Virus record (IMG/VR): IMGVR_UViG_3300042505_000794
Location: 15,190-79,189 of that record
Strand: one strand, 5' to 3'
DNA length: 64,000 nt
DNA from: a virus
A program made the translations under genes and the position numbers. Below the pieces are notes generated by a model. That model was not told where the DNA came from. It made no database searches and saw only the letters and a list, made by a program, of their open reading frames with translations. Below, piece after piece: positions 1 through 9,202 of the stretch (position 1 is its first letter; each line of letters begins with the position of its first letter).

Positions 1-1
1 C

Positions 2-505
2 GTAAACCCATTCATGTATGATAATTTTATCGATGTAGTCGTATCAATGGGCAAAGCTAAAAATATGTACGGTGATTGGTATAATACTCACTACGAAGAA
101 ATTGAACGTGCAAGAAAAGAAGCTGATCTCTTGAAAAAAGCAAGACGTGAACAGGCTAACACGGATAGATTAGCAGCTGAACAGCGTGCATTACAAAAAG
201 ATAAAAAATTAGATAGAGCAAGAATTGATGTACCTACAATTGAAACACTCGATGATAAAATTGCTAAATTAGAGCTTCTACGTACAAGAGCTACATCAGA
301 TGAAAAGTTAGCAACACTATTACCTGAAATTGAATCAAAACTACTATTCCTTAACGTTATGAACAGTCAAGAAAAAGGTGGGTATGTACTTAATGATATG
401 AAAAACCGGTATGAACAGATTCGGAAGTACCTAGGTACAAAAAATTACACTGCAGCAAATTCTATTTCTAGACAGTTAGATAGAGAAATTAAAGCTAAAC
501 GGTAA
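2..505 (+). CDS. Hypothetical helical/coiled-coil protein, probably 5'-truncated
   Basis: Frame is open from the window edge through the ORF-track start at 14; charged helical sequence; followed by a terminator. Confidence 0.6.
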   Translation, partial: VNPFMYDNFIDVVVSMGKAKNMYGDWYNTHYEEIERARKEADLLKKARREQANTDRLAAEQRALQKDKKLDRARIDVPTIETLDDKIAKLELLRTRATSDEKLATLLPEIESKLLFLNVMNSQEKGGYVLNDMKNRYEQIRKYLGTKNYTAANSISRQLDREIKAKR

Positions 506-514
506 TATACAGAT

Positions 515-545
515 AAAGAAAAGGGCGCATATGCGCCCTTTTTTA
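515..545. terminator. Bidirectional intrinsic terminator
   Basis: Palindrome AAAAGGGCGCATATGCGCCCTTTT between convergent genes. Confidence 0.85.
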
Positions 546-1289
546 TACTTCTATAGTACGTACATTGAAGATGTCAAAACAATCTTCAAATTTGTAACCT
601 CTTGAATTAGATCGAACTTTACAATCGTTGTAATCTATATCAACACTATCATGTAGATGCCCGTGAATCCAATATTTGATACCGTCCATATATTGTAACA
701 TATCTGAACAATAACAACCTTGTATTTCAAAGTTATCACCAATTTTTGATTTGGCAGTTGTTAAGTACGTTGGACTGTGGTGAGATATCGCTATATTAAT
801 ATATTTCGATTTATCAACCGATTTAAAAAAGTTAACATACTCAGCATGCTTTTCAATGATATCGTATATAGACAGCATTTCGTTACCGTTGCGTATACGT
901 CTGTAATCATTAATCGTTCTAGATGCTTGTTTCATTGTACCAGCATCTAAATTGTTAAAATGTGTCCAACCTGTACCTCCAATAAATTGCACACCGTCGA
1001 TGATTTTTGTTTGGTTGTCCAACAAATAAATGTTCTTATACGAGTTACAAAACGTACGTAGGGATTCAATTATGTTAATATCACTATCGTAATATTCATG
1101 GTTGCCCGGTACGTATATGACGTGTTTGTATTTTTTTGATATATCTTCGAAAAATCCTGAGATGTTGTAATCAAACAACGATACATGATATATATCACCT
1201 GCTAGTATTAAAACATCACTAGTCGGTTTTTGAAGTCTCAGGGGTGATTTTTCAAGATGTAAATCTGACATGTAATCTATTTTCATCAA
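543..1289 (-). CDS. Calcineurin-like metallophosphoesterase
   Basis: Motifs SDLH, AGD, GNHE, SHH, HGHLH. Confidence 0.9.
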   Translation of the reverse strand: MMKIDYMSDLHLEKSPLRLQKPTSDVLILAGDIYHVSLFDYNISGFFEDISKKYKHVIYVPGNHEYYDSDINIIESLRTFCNSYKNIYLLDNQTKIIDGVQFIGGTGWTHFNNLDAGTMKQASRTINDYRRIRNGNEMLSIYDIIEKHAEYVNFFKSVDKSKYINIAISHHSPTYLTTAKSKIGDNFEIQGCYCSDMLQYMDGIKYWIHGHLHDSVDIDYNDCKVRSNSRGYKFEDCFDIFNVRTIEV

Positions 1290-1380
1290 TCACCTTAAAC
1301 AATTTGTGTAAAACTCTATTATATATTAAAATGGCTAAAACCATCAAAAATAAATATCTATTTAATACGGGAACTTTAAT

Positions 1381-1569
1381 ATGGAACAGATTAAATCTTG
1401 GTACGATAATTTATTACATTGTGCAGCCAGTGTAACCTGCGCACCCCTGGTTATAATATTAGCAGTCGTGTTTACAGCGTGCATGGCTGTTATGGTAGCA
1501 TTAGGCATAGCAGCTATCAGCATAATGTTTTTCGTTGATTATTTTTATAAACTATTTGTAAATCATTGA
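1381..1569 (+). CDS. Small membrane protein
   Basis: 62 aa with a long hydrophobic stretch; TAAATA and GGGA upstream. Confidence 0.55.
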   Translation: MEQIKSWYDNLLHCAASVTCAPLVIILAVVFTACMAVMVALGIAAISIMFFVDYFYKLFVNH

Positions 1570-1594
1570 TATAAATTCAAAAATATATTATAAT
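1566..1594 (+). promoter_or_regulatory. Sigma70-type early promoter
   Basis: TTGATA-N17-TATAAT. Confidence 0.65.
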
Positions 1595-1621
1595 AATATT
1601 TTTTATGAAAACTATACTCAT

Positions 1622-2059
1622 ATGGATACAGAAAAACTTAGTATATTTGATGTTCTTAATCAAATAAACAACAAAAACTTTAATTATTTAGATACGTTAT
1701 CTGATGATATGCGTAAACAATTTAGTCCGTATGTGGTATACCAGTGGTTGACATGTACGGACAACCCTGAACAATATATGTTATTAGCGCATTATGTTAA
1801 TGAAAATATCTTAGCGTTATCGAACCATCCTGAATTGTTGTATAAATTGTTGTGTACAACTTCATGTGGGAGCCGTACAAGATATAATTGGATGTACAAA
1901 AAGAAAGAATCATCGTTACCAATTACAATAATCTCTGAATATTTAAAATGTTCAAAGCGTGTTGCAAAAATGCATCTACCAAGTTTTAACCATGACGATA
2001 TAGTCAAGATGGCAAAAAAGCTTGGTTATCAAGATGCAGATATTAAAAAACTTTTATAG
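1622..2059 (+). CDS. Clamp-loader small subunit (T4 gp62-like)
   Basis: LSIFDVLNQIN...KQFSPYVVYQWL pattern and size match gp62-like proteins of T4-superfamily phages. Confidence 0.65.
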   Translation: MDTEKLSIFDVLNQINNKNFNYLDTLSDDMRKQFSPYVVYQWLTCTDNPEQYMLLAHYVNENILALSNHPELLYKLLCTTSCGSRTRYNWMYKKKESSLPITIISEYLKCSKRVAKMHLPSFNHDDIVKMAKKLGYQDADIKKLL

Positions 2060-2071
2060 CAAAAGGAAATT

Positions 2072-2371
2072 ATGTTAATTACATCAGCAGCATCAACAGC
2101 CATATTATTTGTCAATTTGACAATTCCTAAAAAAATGTTTAAATCAATGAGTGAGTGTGAATCGTTTAAACACACTATTGAAAAACAAATATCAACTCAT
2201 TATAATCCTGTAGATTTATTTCATCGAATGCCTACACTATCTTGTGTACTTAAACCATCTAAACCAGTTAAAGCTAAACCTGTAAAACCAAAAATCGTTA
2301 AACCTTTTAAATCAAAAATCGTTAAACCTGTTAAACAAGATCCTAAACCGCACAACAACCTAAAGAAGTAG
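2072..2371 (+). CDS. Hypothetical protein with Lys/Pro-rich repeat tail
   Basis: AAGGA RBS; KPVK/KIVKP repeats. Confidence 0.6.
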   Translation: MLITSAASTAILFVNLTIPKKMFKSMSECESFKHTIEKQISTHYNPVDLFHRMPTLSCVLKPSKPVKAKPVKPKIVKPFKSKIVKPVKQDPKPHNNLKK

Positions 2372-2374
2372 CCT

Positions 2375-3043
2375 ATGTTCTATGAATGTCGTTTTTGTTC
2401 AAAACTCTTTAAACGAGAAACGTCATTTCTAAGACATAATTGTAAAGAACGTCAACGTCATTTCGAAGCATCTACCGTTGAAGCGCAGACAGCTTTTACT
2501 CTGTTTAAACGGTGGATGCTATTAAAGCATAAACGTGATGTTAATTATGATTCGTTTAAATTGTCAAGATTTTATAATGCATTCTTAAAGTTTGCAAAAT
2601 ATTATAGACTTATCAATGGGTTATCACAACTTGATGAATTTTTATTGTTAATGATCAAACGCGATATTTCTCCAGCATATTGGTTAAATGAGCGAGTATT
2701 ATCGTTTTATATAACGCAAATGGATCTTTCCACGCCAACCTCAAAAATCGGTAAATCTATTAAATCGATTATAAAGCTATGTAACGCATATGATTGCGAA
2801 ACTTCAAACTTTTTCAATTATATTGAATTTGATGTAATGCTATCATTTATTAAACTTCATAAGTTGTCTCCTTGGGTGTTATTAAATAGTAAACAATTCA
2901 TGGTATGGGTAGAGAACCTGACAGATGAGCAACAGTATATCATGGATAATATTATTGATAGTGAAAAATGGATTTATGTTTTTAAAGAAAATACAAAAAC
3001 TGTCGATTTTGCTAAACAATGCGTCAAGGAACTTGAATTATGA
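2375..3043 (+). CDS. Hypothetical protein with N-terminal zinc finger
   Basis: CRFC-x12-HNC at the N-terminus. Confidence 0.7.
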   Translation: MFYECRFCSKLFKRETSFLRHNCKERQRHFEASTVEAQTAFTLFKRWMLLKHKRDVNYDSFKLSRFYNAFLKFAKYYRLINGLSQLDEFLLLMIKRDISPAYWLNERVLSFYITQMDLSTPTSKIGKSIKSIIKLCNAYDCETSNFFNYIEFDVMLSFIKLHKLSPWVLLNSKQFMVWVENLTDEQQYIMDNIIDSEKWIYVFKENTKTVDFAKQCVKELEL

Positions 3044-3243
3044 TTATTAATTGCCCTGAGTTTAATAAAAAATATACAGCAACGCAACACGATGATGCGA
3101 TTTATATTCATCGCAAAGACAGCGATTATTGGAAAATATCAGAACAAAATGGCATTTATCGGCTTGTAGCATGGAATCGCAATTACAAATACGATGTGTA
3201 TTTTGATAATTTTGATAATTTAATTAGCTACATTACAAAGTAG
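3040..3243 (+). CDS. Hypothetical protein
   Basis: ATGA overlap with the upstream gene. Confidence 0.55.
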   Translation: MIINCPEFNKKYTATQHDDAIYIHRKDSDYWKISEQNGIYRLVAWNRNYKYDVYFDNFDNLISYITK

Positions 3244-3272
3244 TTGATTTACATTTAGATTTAATTTATAAT
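3244..3272 (+). promoter_or_regulatory. Sigma70-type early promoter
   Basis: TTGATT-N17-TATAAT upstream of the sirtuin gene. Confidence 0.75.
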
Positions 3273-3304
3273 ACATTCATAGATTAAATTAACAGGAGTT
3301 GTAA

Positions 3305-3970
3305 ATGAAGGTAGTAGTATTATCAGGAGCTGGTATTAGTCAAGAATCTGGAATTAAAACTTTCAGAGATAGTAACGGTCTATGGGAAGAGCATGATATT
3401 CATGAAGTTGCTCACCCCGAAGGTTGGGAAAAAGATCGTACTCTAGTTAATCGATTCTATAATGCACGTCGTAAACAATTGCATGAATGTGTACCAAATG
3501 CTGCACATCATGCATTAGCGGAACTTGAAGATAAACATGATGTTACAATCATTACTCAAAACGTAGACGATTTACATGAACGTGGTGGTAGCTCAAACGT
3601 TGTACATTTACACGGTGAAATGTTTAAAGTACGAGACGAAGTTACTGGAGAGGTATATGAATGGAAGGACGATTTAAAAGATGACGATTTAAGTCGTAAA
3701 GGTAACCCGTTACGACCGCACGTTGTATGGTTTACTGAACCGGTACCTGCTATGGATTTAGCAATTGAGTTAGTAAACGAAGCTGATTTAATTTTAATTA
3801 TTGGGACTTCATTAGAAGTATACCCTGCTGCAAATTTATATCGATATGCGAAACCTGATTGTGACATCCACGTGTTTAACATGGATGAATTATCTGAGTT
3901 TACTGCAGGTGAACAACATATCGGTAAAGCTGGTACCACGGTACCTAATTTCATTAAAACTTTGATTTAG
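3305..3970 (+). CDS. cobB: NAD-dependent protein deacylase, Sir2/CobB family
   Basis: GAGISxESGIxTFRD, FYNARR, TQNVDDLHER, HLHG, LRPHVVWF, GTSLEVYPAA. Confidence 0.93.
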   Translation: MKVVVLSGAGISQESGIKTFRDSNGLWEEHDIHEVAHPEGWEKDRTLVNRFYNARRKQLHECVPNAAHHALAELEDKHDVTIITQNVDDLHERGGSSNVVHLHGEMFKVRDEVTGEVYEWKDDLKDDDLSRKGNPLRPHVVWFTEPVPAMDLAIELVNEADLILIIGTSLEVYPAANLYRYAKPDCDIHVFNMDELSEFTAGEQHIGKAGTTVPNFIKTLI

Positions 3971-3982
3971 AGGAAGTCAATC

Positions 3983-4171
3983 ATGTTAGAAGTTGTAGGT
4001 TTAAGTTGGGCATTAATTATTTCGTATCCAACTATGGTATCACCACCAACGGTTGTTTATGTAGAGAGCGAAGCAGTATGTAAAAAAAATAGTGAGCATA
4101 TCACTAAAAATATTATTCATTCAGTTGTCACCTGTATTCCTATTCGCGCAGATGTACCAGGTAAAAAATGA
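3983..4171 (+). CDS. Small hypothetical protein
   Basis: GAGG RBS; ATGA overlap with the next gene. Confidence 0.55.
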   Translation: MLEVVGLSWALIISYPTMVSPPTVVYVESEAVCKKNSEHITKNIIHSVVTCIPIRADVPGKK

Positions 4172-5091
4172 AAATTGTAGCTGAAACAGAATTTGGTAGT
4201 CATCTATATGGATTACAAACGCCAGCATCTGATCATGACTATAAAGGTATAATTCTACCTACTAAACAAGAAATTTTATTAGGTAGATCAAAATATCATT
4301 CATCGTCTACCACCGGTAATACTACAACAAAAAATACCTGCGATGATGTAGATAAAACTTATTACACTCTATCATACTTCATTGAGTTAGCTTGTAAAGG
4401 TGATACAACTGCAATGGATATGTTGCACGCACCGATGGATAAAGTAATAGTTAATTCTAATATTTGGAAATTTTTGCAAGATAACCGAACAAAGTTTTAT
4501 ACAAAGAATATGAAAGCTTATGTAGGTTATTGTCGTAAACAAGCTGCTAAGTATGGGATTAAAGGTTCACGTTTAGGTGAGTTAGAGCGCGTTATTAACA
4601 AGTTAAATGAGTATCCAATCAACCGTGGTATAGGTGATATCGTTATTGAAGAAAGTGATGTTGTACGTTGGATCGTTTATAAAGGTAATAGGTACCTCGA
4701 AGTATGCGGTAGCAAGTTTCAAGATAACCTAAAACTATCATACGCTAAGGAAACGTTAGAACAAATCTTTAGTCAATACGGTGAGCGTACAAGATTAGCA
4801 AAAATCAACCAGTCTATTGATTGGAAAGCTTTAAGTCATGCATTTAGAGTTGGATATCAAACGTTGCATATCTTAGAAGATGGTGGGTTTGAATACCCAT
4901 TAAAAGAATCACCTTATTTGATGCAAATTAAAAAAGGTGAATTACATTTCTTAGATGTAGAGTTAGAACTAACTGAACTGGTTAATAAAGTTAACGAGTT
5001 AACTAAAACATCTAACTTACCTGATGATGTCGATAGAGTATTTTGGGATGAGTATATAGCTAAGATACATCTCGATACCGTTAACTATTGA
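4168..5091 (+). CDS. Pol-beta-superfamily nucleotidyltransferase (phage type)
   Basis: GSHLYG-x5-SDxD motif; GYCRKQAAKYG; DWKALSHA. Confidence 0.85.
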   Translation: MKIVAETEFGSHLYGLQTPASDHDYKGIILPTKQEILLGRSKYHSSSTTGNTTTKNTCDDVDKTYYTLSYFIELACKGDTTAMDMLHAPMDKVIVNSNIWKFLQDNRTKFYTKNMKAYVGYCRKQAAKYGIKGSRLGELERVINKLNEYPINRGIGDIVIEESDVVRWIVYKGNRYLEVCGSKFQDNLKLSYAKETLEQIFSQYGERTRLAKINQSIDWKALSHAFRVGYQTLHILEDGGFEYPLKESPYLMQIKKGELHFLDVELELTELVNKVNELTKTSNLPDDVDRVFWDEYIAKIHLDTVNY

Positions 5092-5103
5092 TTATCATCA
5101 AAT

Positions 5104-5133
5104 AAAGAAGCCCTCGAAAGAGGGTTTTTCTTT
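5104..5133 (+). terminator. Intrinsic terminator
   Basis: GCCCTC-GAAA-GAGGGT hairpin plus T tract. Confidence 0.8.
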
Positions 5134-5186
5134 GTCTCTTTGTTCCATTAACCGATAAATACTTTTAAAACAAAGGTGTTACCACA

Positions 5187-5462
5187 ATGGAATATATCAA
5201 ACTAATTGACGCTGTTGGCTTTCCAATCGCCGCTGCTTTAGCAGCTGGTTTCTTTGTGTTTATGTCAGTAAAATTTATACTATCAAACGTATCTGAAAGT
5301 GTCGATATGATTATCAGTATTCTAGAAGGTCTTGATAAACGTATTGATTACATGACAAACGATGTTAAGAGAATTGATATTAAAACGAGTTTAGAGTTAG
5401 GTGTTCGACCTGATTATAATCTTATTGTCCGTTCTAAACCTGAAGATATACGGAAGGATTAA
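5187..5462 (+). CDS. Single-TM membrane protein (GFPI motif), paralog 1
   Basis: VGFPIAAALAAGFFVF TM segment followed by a coiled coil. Confidence 0.7.
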   Translation: MEYIKLIDAVGFPIAAALAAGFFVFMSVKFILSNVSESVDMIISILEGLDKRIDYMTNDVKRIDIKTSLELGVRPDYNLIVRSKPEDIRKD

Positions 5463-5752
5463 TGGACTATGATATTGATAAAATCGCTGAATTAGTCGCT
5501 AAGCACGGCTTTCCTATTGTATCTGCTATAGGTATGGCATGGTTTGTATATTATGTATGGGTATGGGCTACAACCGACATCAAACCGAAACTAACACAAA
5601 CCCATACATCTGTAATTGATTTGCTAGATAGAATTCGAAAATTAGATTTGGACATTTGCAGATTACACGAAAAAGTCGACGTTGCTATACAGTTTAGACA
5701 CAAATATGAACCGCGTCAACCTGACAATCAAGATTCAGAAAAATCAAACTAA
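5462..5752 (+). CDS. Single-TM membrane protein (GFPI motif), paralog 2
   Basis: HGFPIVSAIGMAWFVYYVW; TAATG coupling to paralog 1. Confidence 0.7.
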   Translation: MDYDIDKIAELVAKHGFPIVSAIGMAWFVYYVWVWATTDIKPKLTQTHTSVIDLLDRIRKLDLDICRLHEKVDVAIQFRHKYEPRQPDNQDSEKSN

Positions 5753-5862
5753 CCATAAAAGTGCATTATAAATAACCATTTTCGATACGGTTATCTAAAT
5801 ACACGTATATGTTTACCACTAAATAAACAAATACATATAAATTTCAAACCCGGGAGTTTTAA

Positions 5863-6780
5863 ATGAACGAAATTTTAAAAAAATTACTTGAATCAGAAAT
5901 TTTATCTGATGAAAGTAAACTGGAGCTAACGGAAGCATTTGACGCTCATATTGCTGAAGTTGTAGAAGAAGCGAAAGCGAATGCAATCGCTGACACTAAA
6001 GTTGAATTGCATGAGCAATTTGCTCAACAAAAAGAACAATTAATTGAAGCTGTTGATAAAACAATTAATGAATTCATTATTGCTGAATTCGCTACATTAA
6101 AAGATGACATTAAAGCTTTCCGTGATTTAGAAGCAGAAAAAGCAATCGAATTAGCAAAAGAAAAACAACAATTAGGCAAAACTTTAAAAGAAGATATGTC
6201 AAAATTGGTTGCTAAACTTGACTCATTCTTAGAAGAACGCTTTGTAGCTGAATTCAAAGAAATGCGTGAAGATTTAATGGAAGCTAAAAAAGCTGACGTT
6301 GGTAGACGTATGGTTGAAGCTTTTGCTCATGAATATCGTAAATATTGCGTTAATCCAAATGAGATTGAACGTGAATTGAACGAAGCAAAAATTAAACTCA
6401 ATACATTATCTAAAAAATACAAAAACGTTAAAAAACAAAAAGAAGATTTGTATCGCAAAGTACGCGTTGAATCTGTTTTATCACCTTTGAGTGGTTCAAA
6501 ACGCGATTTAATGGATAGTATTTTATCTTCTGTTGCTACAGAAAAATTAGAAGAAGCATACAAATTGTATTTGCCACGTGTTTTGAAAGAAGGTTCTGAT
6601 GTAGTTGTTGAACCAAGCAAAGCAATCAATGAAGCTATTGAAGAAATCAATGCTAAATTAAAAGATGTTAATAATACACACATCGTAACTGGTGATACAA
6701 GTGCGCCACGTATCGATGAAAGTGCTGAACAAACAAAATCGGTTATCAGTGATATGACACGCTTAGCTGGTATTCGATAA
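5863..6780 (+). CDS. Prohead core scaffold protein (T4 gp22-like)
   Basis: Acidic coiled coil directly upstream of the MCP; GRRMVEAFxxE; GGAG RBS. Confidence 0.85.
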   Translation: MNEILKKLLESEILSDESKLELTEAFDAHIAEVVEEAKANAIADTKVELHEQFAQQKEQLIEAVDKTINEFIIAEFATLKDDIKAFRDLEAEKAIELAKEKQQLGKTLKEDMSKLVAKLDSFLEERFVAEFKEMREDLMEAKKADVGRRMVEAFAHEYRKYCVNPNEIERELNEAKIKLNTLSKKYKNVKKQKEDLYRKVRVESVLSPLSGSKRDLMDSILSSVATEKLEEAYKLYLPRVLKEGSDVVVEPSKAINEAIEEINAKLKDVNNTHIVTGDTSAPRIDESAEQTKSVISDMTRLAGIR

Positions 6781-6798
6781 ACCGCTTTAGTATTTTCT

Positions 6799-6806
6799 TA
6801 TAAATA
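6799..6806 (+). promoter_or_regulatory. T4-type late promoter
   Basis: TATAAATA just upstream of the MCP RBS; TAAATA recurs before many structural genes. Confidence 0.7.
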
Positions 6807-6838
6807 CAAATAATTACAAAATTTAACGGAGTTATATA

Positions 6839-8290
6839 ATGAAAGAATTAGTTGAAAATTGGGGCGAGGTTAAGTCGGCGCTTTTGCACGGTTTGAGTGC
6901 ACAAAAACAAGCGATCGTTGCACCTTTATTGGAAAACCAAAAAGCACAAATGTTATCTGAAACCGCATCTGCTGGTTCTGTAGATACATCTGCAATCGCT
7001 GGTTTCCGTAAAATCATGTTACCAATGATCCGCCGTGTTATTCCAAACTCAATCGGTACAGAATTAGTTGGTGTTCAACCAATGACTGGTCCAGTTGGTC
7101 TTATCTATTCAATGCGTTATACATATAACGAAGCTGTAACTGCACAAGCAGCTGCATCTACAGCATTGACATTTGATGCTGTTACCGGTAAATATGTTTC
7201 TGGTGGTATGGATGGTGGTGTTGCAAACATCAATCCTGTTACTGACCCTGAAGCATTTGGTAACTACAACATGATTCGTAGATTCTATTCAGGTGCTACA
7301 TCAACAGGTGCTCAAGCTGCTGGTGCATCTGGTTTTGCTCAAGGTACTATTGCTAATATTACTGGCGATGCTACTGGCGCTGGTTGGGGCTCTGCATTAG
7401 ACGCTTCTACAGTTGCTTTAAACGGTGCGGGCGGTTCATTATACGGTGGTGGCGGTTCATTCTTAGAAGGTTCAGGTGGCCGTAAAATGGGTTTGCAAGT
7501 TGTTTCACAAGCAGTTGAAGCAAAATCACGTAAATTGCAAGCTAGCTGGACTGTTGAAGCTATGCAAGATCTTCAAAACCAACACGGTTTAGATATCGAA
7601 AATGAATTGACATCTGTATTGTCACAAGAAATTACACAAGAAATTGACAACGAAATCATCACTGATTTGTTATCACTTGCTGGTACAGTTTCAACATTTG
7701 ACGGTTCAGTTCCTGCTGCAGCTGGTTATTACAAACCAACTTTCGTTGGTGATCGTTTAGCTAACTTAGGTGTTCAAATCAACTTCGTAGCTAACGAGAT
7801 TGCACGTAAAACACGTAAAGGTGCTGGTAACTTCATCGTTGTTTCACCAATGATCGTATCAGTATTACAAACAGCTGCTAAATCAGTATTTGCTCCTGCT
7901 GTTGAAGGTTCTTTCCAAGGTCCTAACAACACTAAATTAGTAGGTACTTTGAACGGTTCTATCAAAGTTTACTCATACTTGTACAATTCTGCATTACCAA
8001 CAGATATCTATAACACTACCAACACACCAACACAAGGTTTTGGTACAGGTAATGACTTGATCTTAGTTGGTTATAAAGGTGGTAATGGCGAAACCGATAC
8101 TGGTTACTTCTACTGCCCATACATTCCATTGATGTCTTCTGGTACAATTATGAACCCTGTTACTACACAACCAGTTATCTCATTGATGACTCGTTATGGT
8201 AAAGGTATCTTAAATGACAGAACTACATCGTTAGGCAACTCAGCTGATTACTACGGTAAAATTGCTGTTAAAAGCTTAAGCTTGCTATAA
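6839..8290 (+). CDS. Major capsid protein (T4 gp23-like)
   Basis: LLENQ, PMIRRVIP, GVQPMTGPVGLIY, AKSRKLQASWT.EAMQDL, GYFYCPYIPL, MTRYG. Confidence 0.97.
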   Translation: MKELVENWGEVKSALLHGLSAQKQAIVAPLLENQKAQMLSETASAGSVDTSAIAGFRKIMLPMIRRVIPNSIGTELVGVQPMTGPVGLIYSMRYTYNEAVTAQAAASTALTFDAVTGKYVSGGMDGGVANINPVTDPEAFGNYNMIRRFYSGATSTGAQAAGASGFAQGTIANITGDATGAGWGSALDASTVALNGAGGSLYGGGGSFLEGSGGRKMGLQVVSQAVEAKSRKLQASWTVEAMQDLQNQHGLDIENELTSVLSQEITQEIDNEIITDLLSLAGTVSTFDGSVPAAAGYYKPTFVGDRLANLGVQINFVANEIARKTRKGAGNFIVVSPMIVSVLQTAAKSVFAPAVEGSFQGPNNTKLVGTLNGSIKVYSYLYNSALPTDIYNTTNTPTQGFGTGNDLILVGYKGGNGETDTGYFYCPYIPLMSSGTIMNPVTTQPVISLMTRYGKGILNDRTTSLGNSADYYGKIAVKSLSLL

Positions 8291-8311
8291 TCGTTAGATT
8301 TAGCAATAAAG

Positions 8312-8338
8312 ACCCTAGCTTAGGCTAGGGTTTTTTTT
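8312..8338 (+). terminator. Intrinsic terminator after MCP
   Basis: ACCCTAGC-TTAG-GCTAGGGT hairpin plus T tract. Confidence 0.85.
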
Positions 8339-8408
8339 GTTCAATTGAATCTCAAAAATCTATATTCAAATAAATATATAAAATAACAAATTTGAATAGG
8401 ATACTTTA

Positions 8409-9143
8409 ATGAAAAAAGCTTTATCAGTTGCTATCAACAAATATGTAGGTGCACCATTGCGTGGGTGTATTAACGATAGTAACCATATTAAATCATGGCT
8501 TGAAACAAAGGAATATGAAGTTGTAACTCTTCACGATGATCAAGCAATTAAACAAAATATAATTAACAACCTAACAGAAATTTTAGGTACATTAACACCG
8601 GACGACCAATTTATATTCCATTATTCCGGTCATGGGTCTCAAATACCGACCAATGACGTTAATGAAGAAGATCATTTAACTGAAATATTATGTCCATTTG
8701 ATCTTATCGATGCTACCGGTAATTGGACATCAAATTATATTACTGATGATGAACTTGCTTCAATTTTTTCTAAAGCATCCTGCAAAATAGAATGTTTTAT
8801 GGATTGCTGTCACTCAGGTTCATCTACTAGAGAGTTTAGACCGAATATTGCATCCAGATATATTCAATCTCCTATTGAAAAAGAATTAACGATTACGAAA
8901 TTTGAGCTAGGTCCAAAAAGTTCTGTAATTTGTTGGTCAGGATGTAAAGATGATCAAACATCTGCTGATGCATATATCAATGAAAAATACCAAGGTGCAT
9001 TCACCGCAGCATTACTTCAAACATCTGGTTCACGCGACCAAAGAAAATACAACATTGTTGAATATATGAGAACAAATGGATTTACCCAAATTCCTCAATT
9101 ATATTGCCCTGGTGAATTTTTAGCTAAAGATATTTTTATCTAA
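8409..9143 (+). CDS. Metacaspase (peptidase C14 family)
   Basis: KKAL..INKY, LRGCIND, FHYSGHG (catalytic His), DCCHSG (catalytic Cys), SGCKDDQTSAD, GAFT. Confidence 0.93.
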   Translation: MKKALSVAINKYVGAPLRGCINDSNHIKSWLETKEYEVVTLHDDQAIKQNIINNLTEILGTLTPDDQFIFHYSGHGSQIPTNDVNEEDHLTEILCPFDLIDATGNWTSNYITDDELASIFSKASCKIECFMDCCHSGSSTREFRPNIASRYIQSPIEKELTITKFELGPKSSVICWSGCKDDQTSADAYINEKYQGAFTAALLQTSGSRDQRKYNIVEYMRTNGFTQIPQLYCPGEFLAKDIFI

Positions 9144-9202
9144 AGTGTTAATCAATGTCCATAGATAAATACTTTATTTGCAATTAGTTTAGGAGTGTTA
9201 CT

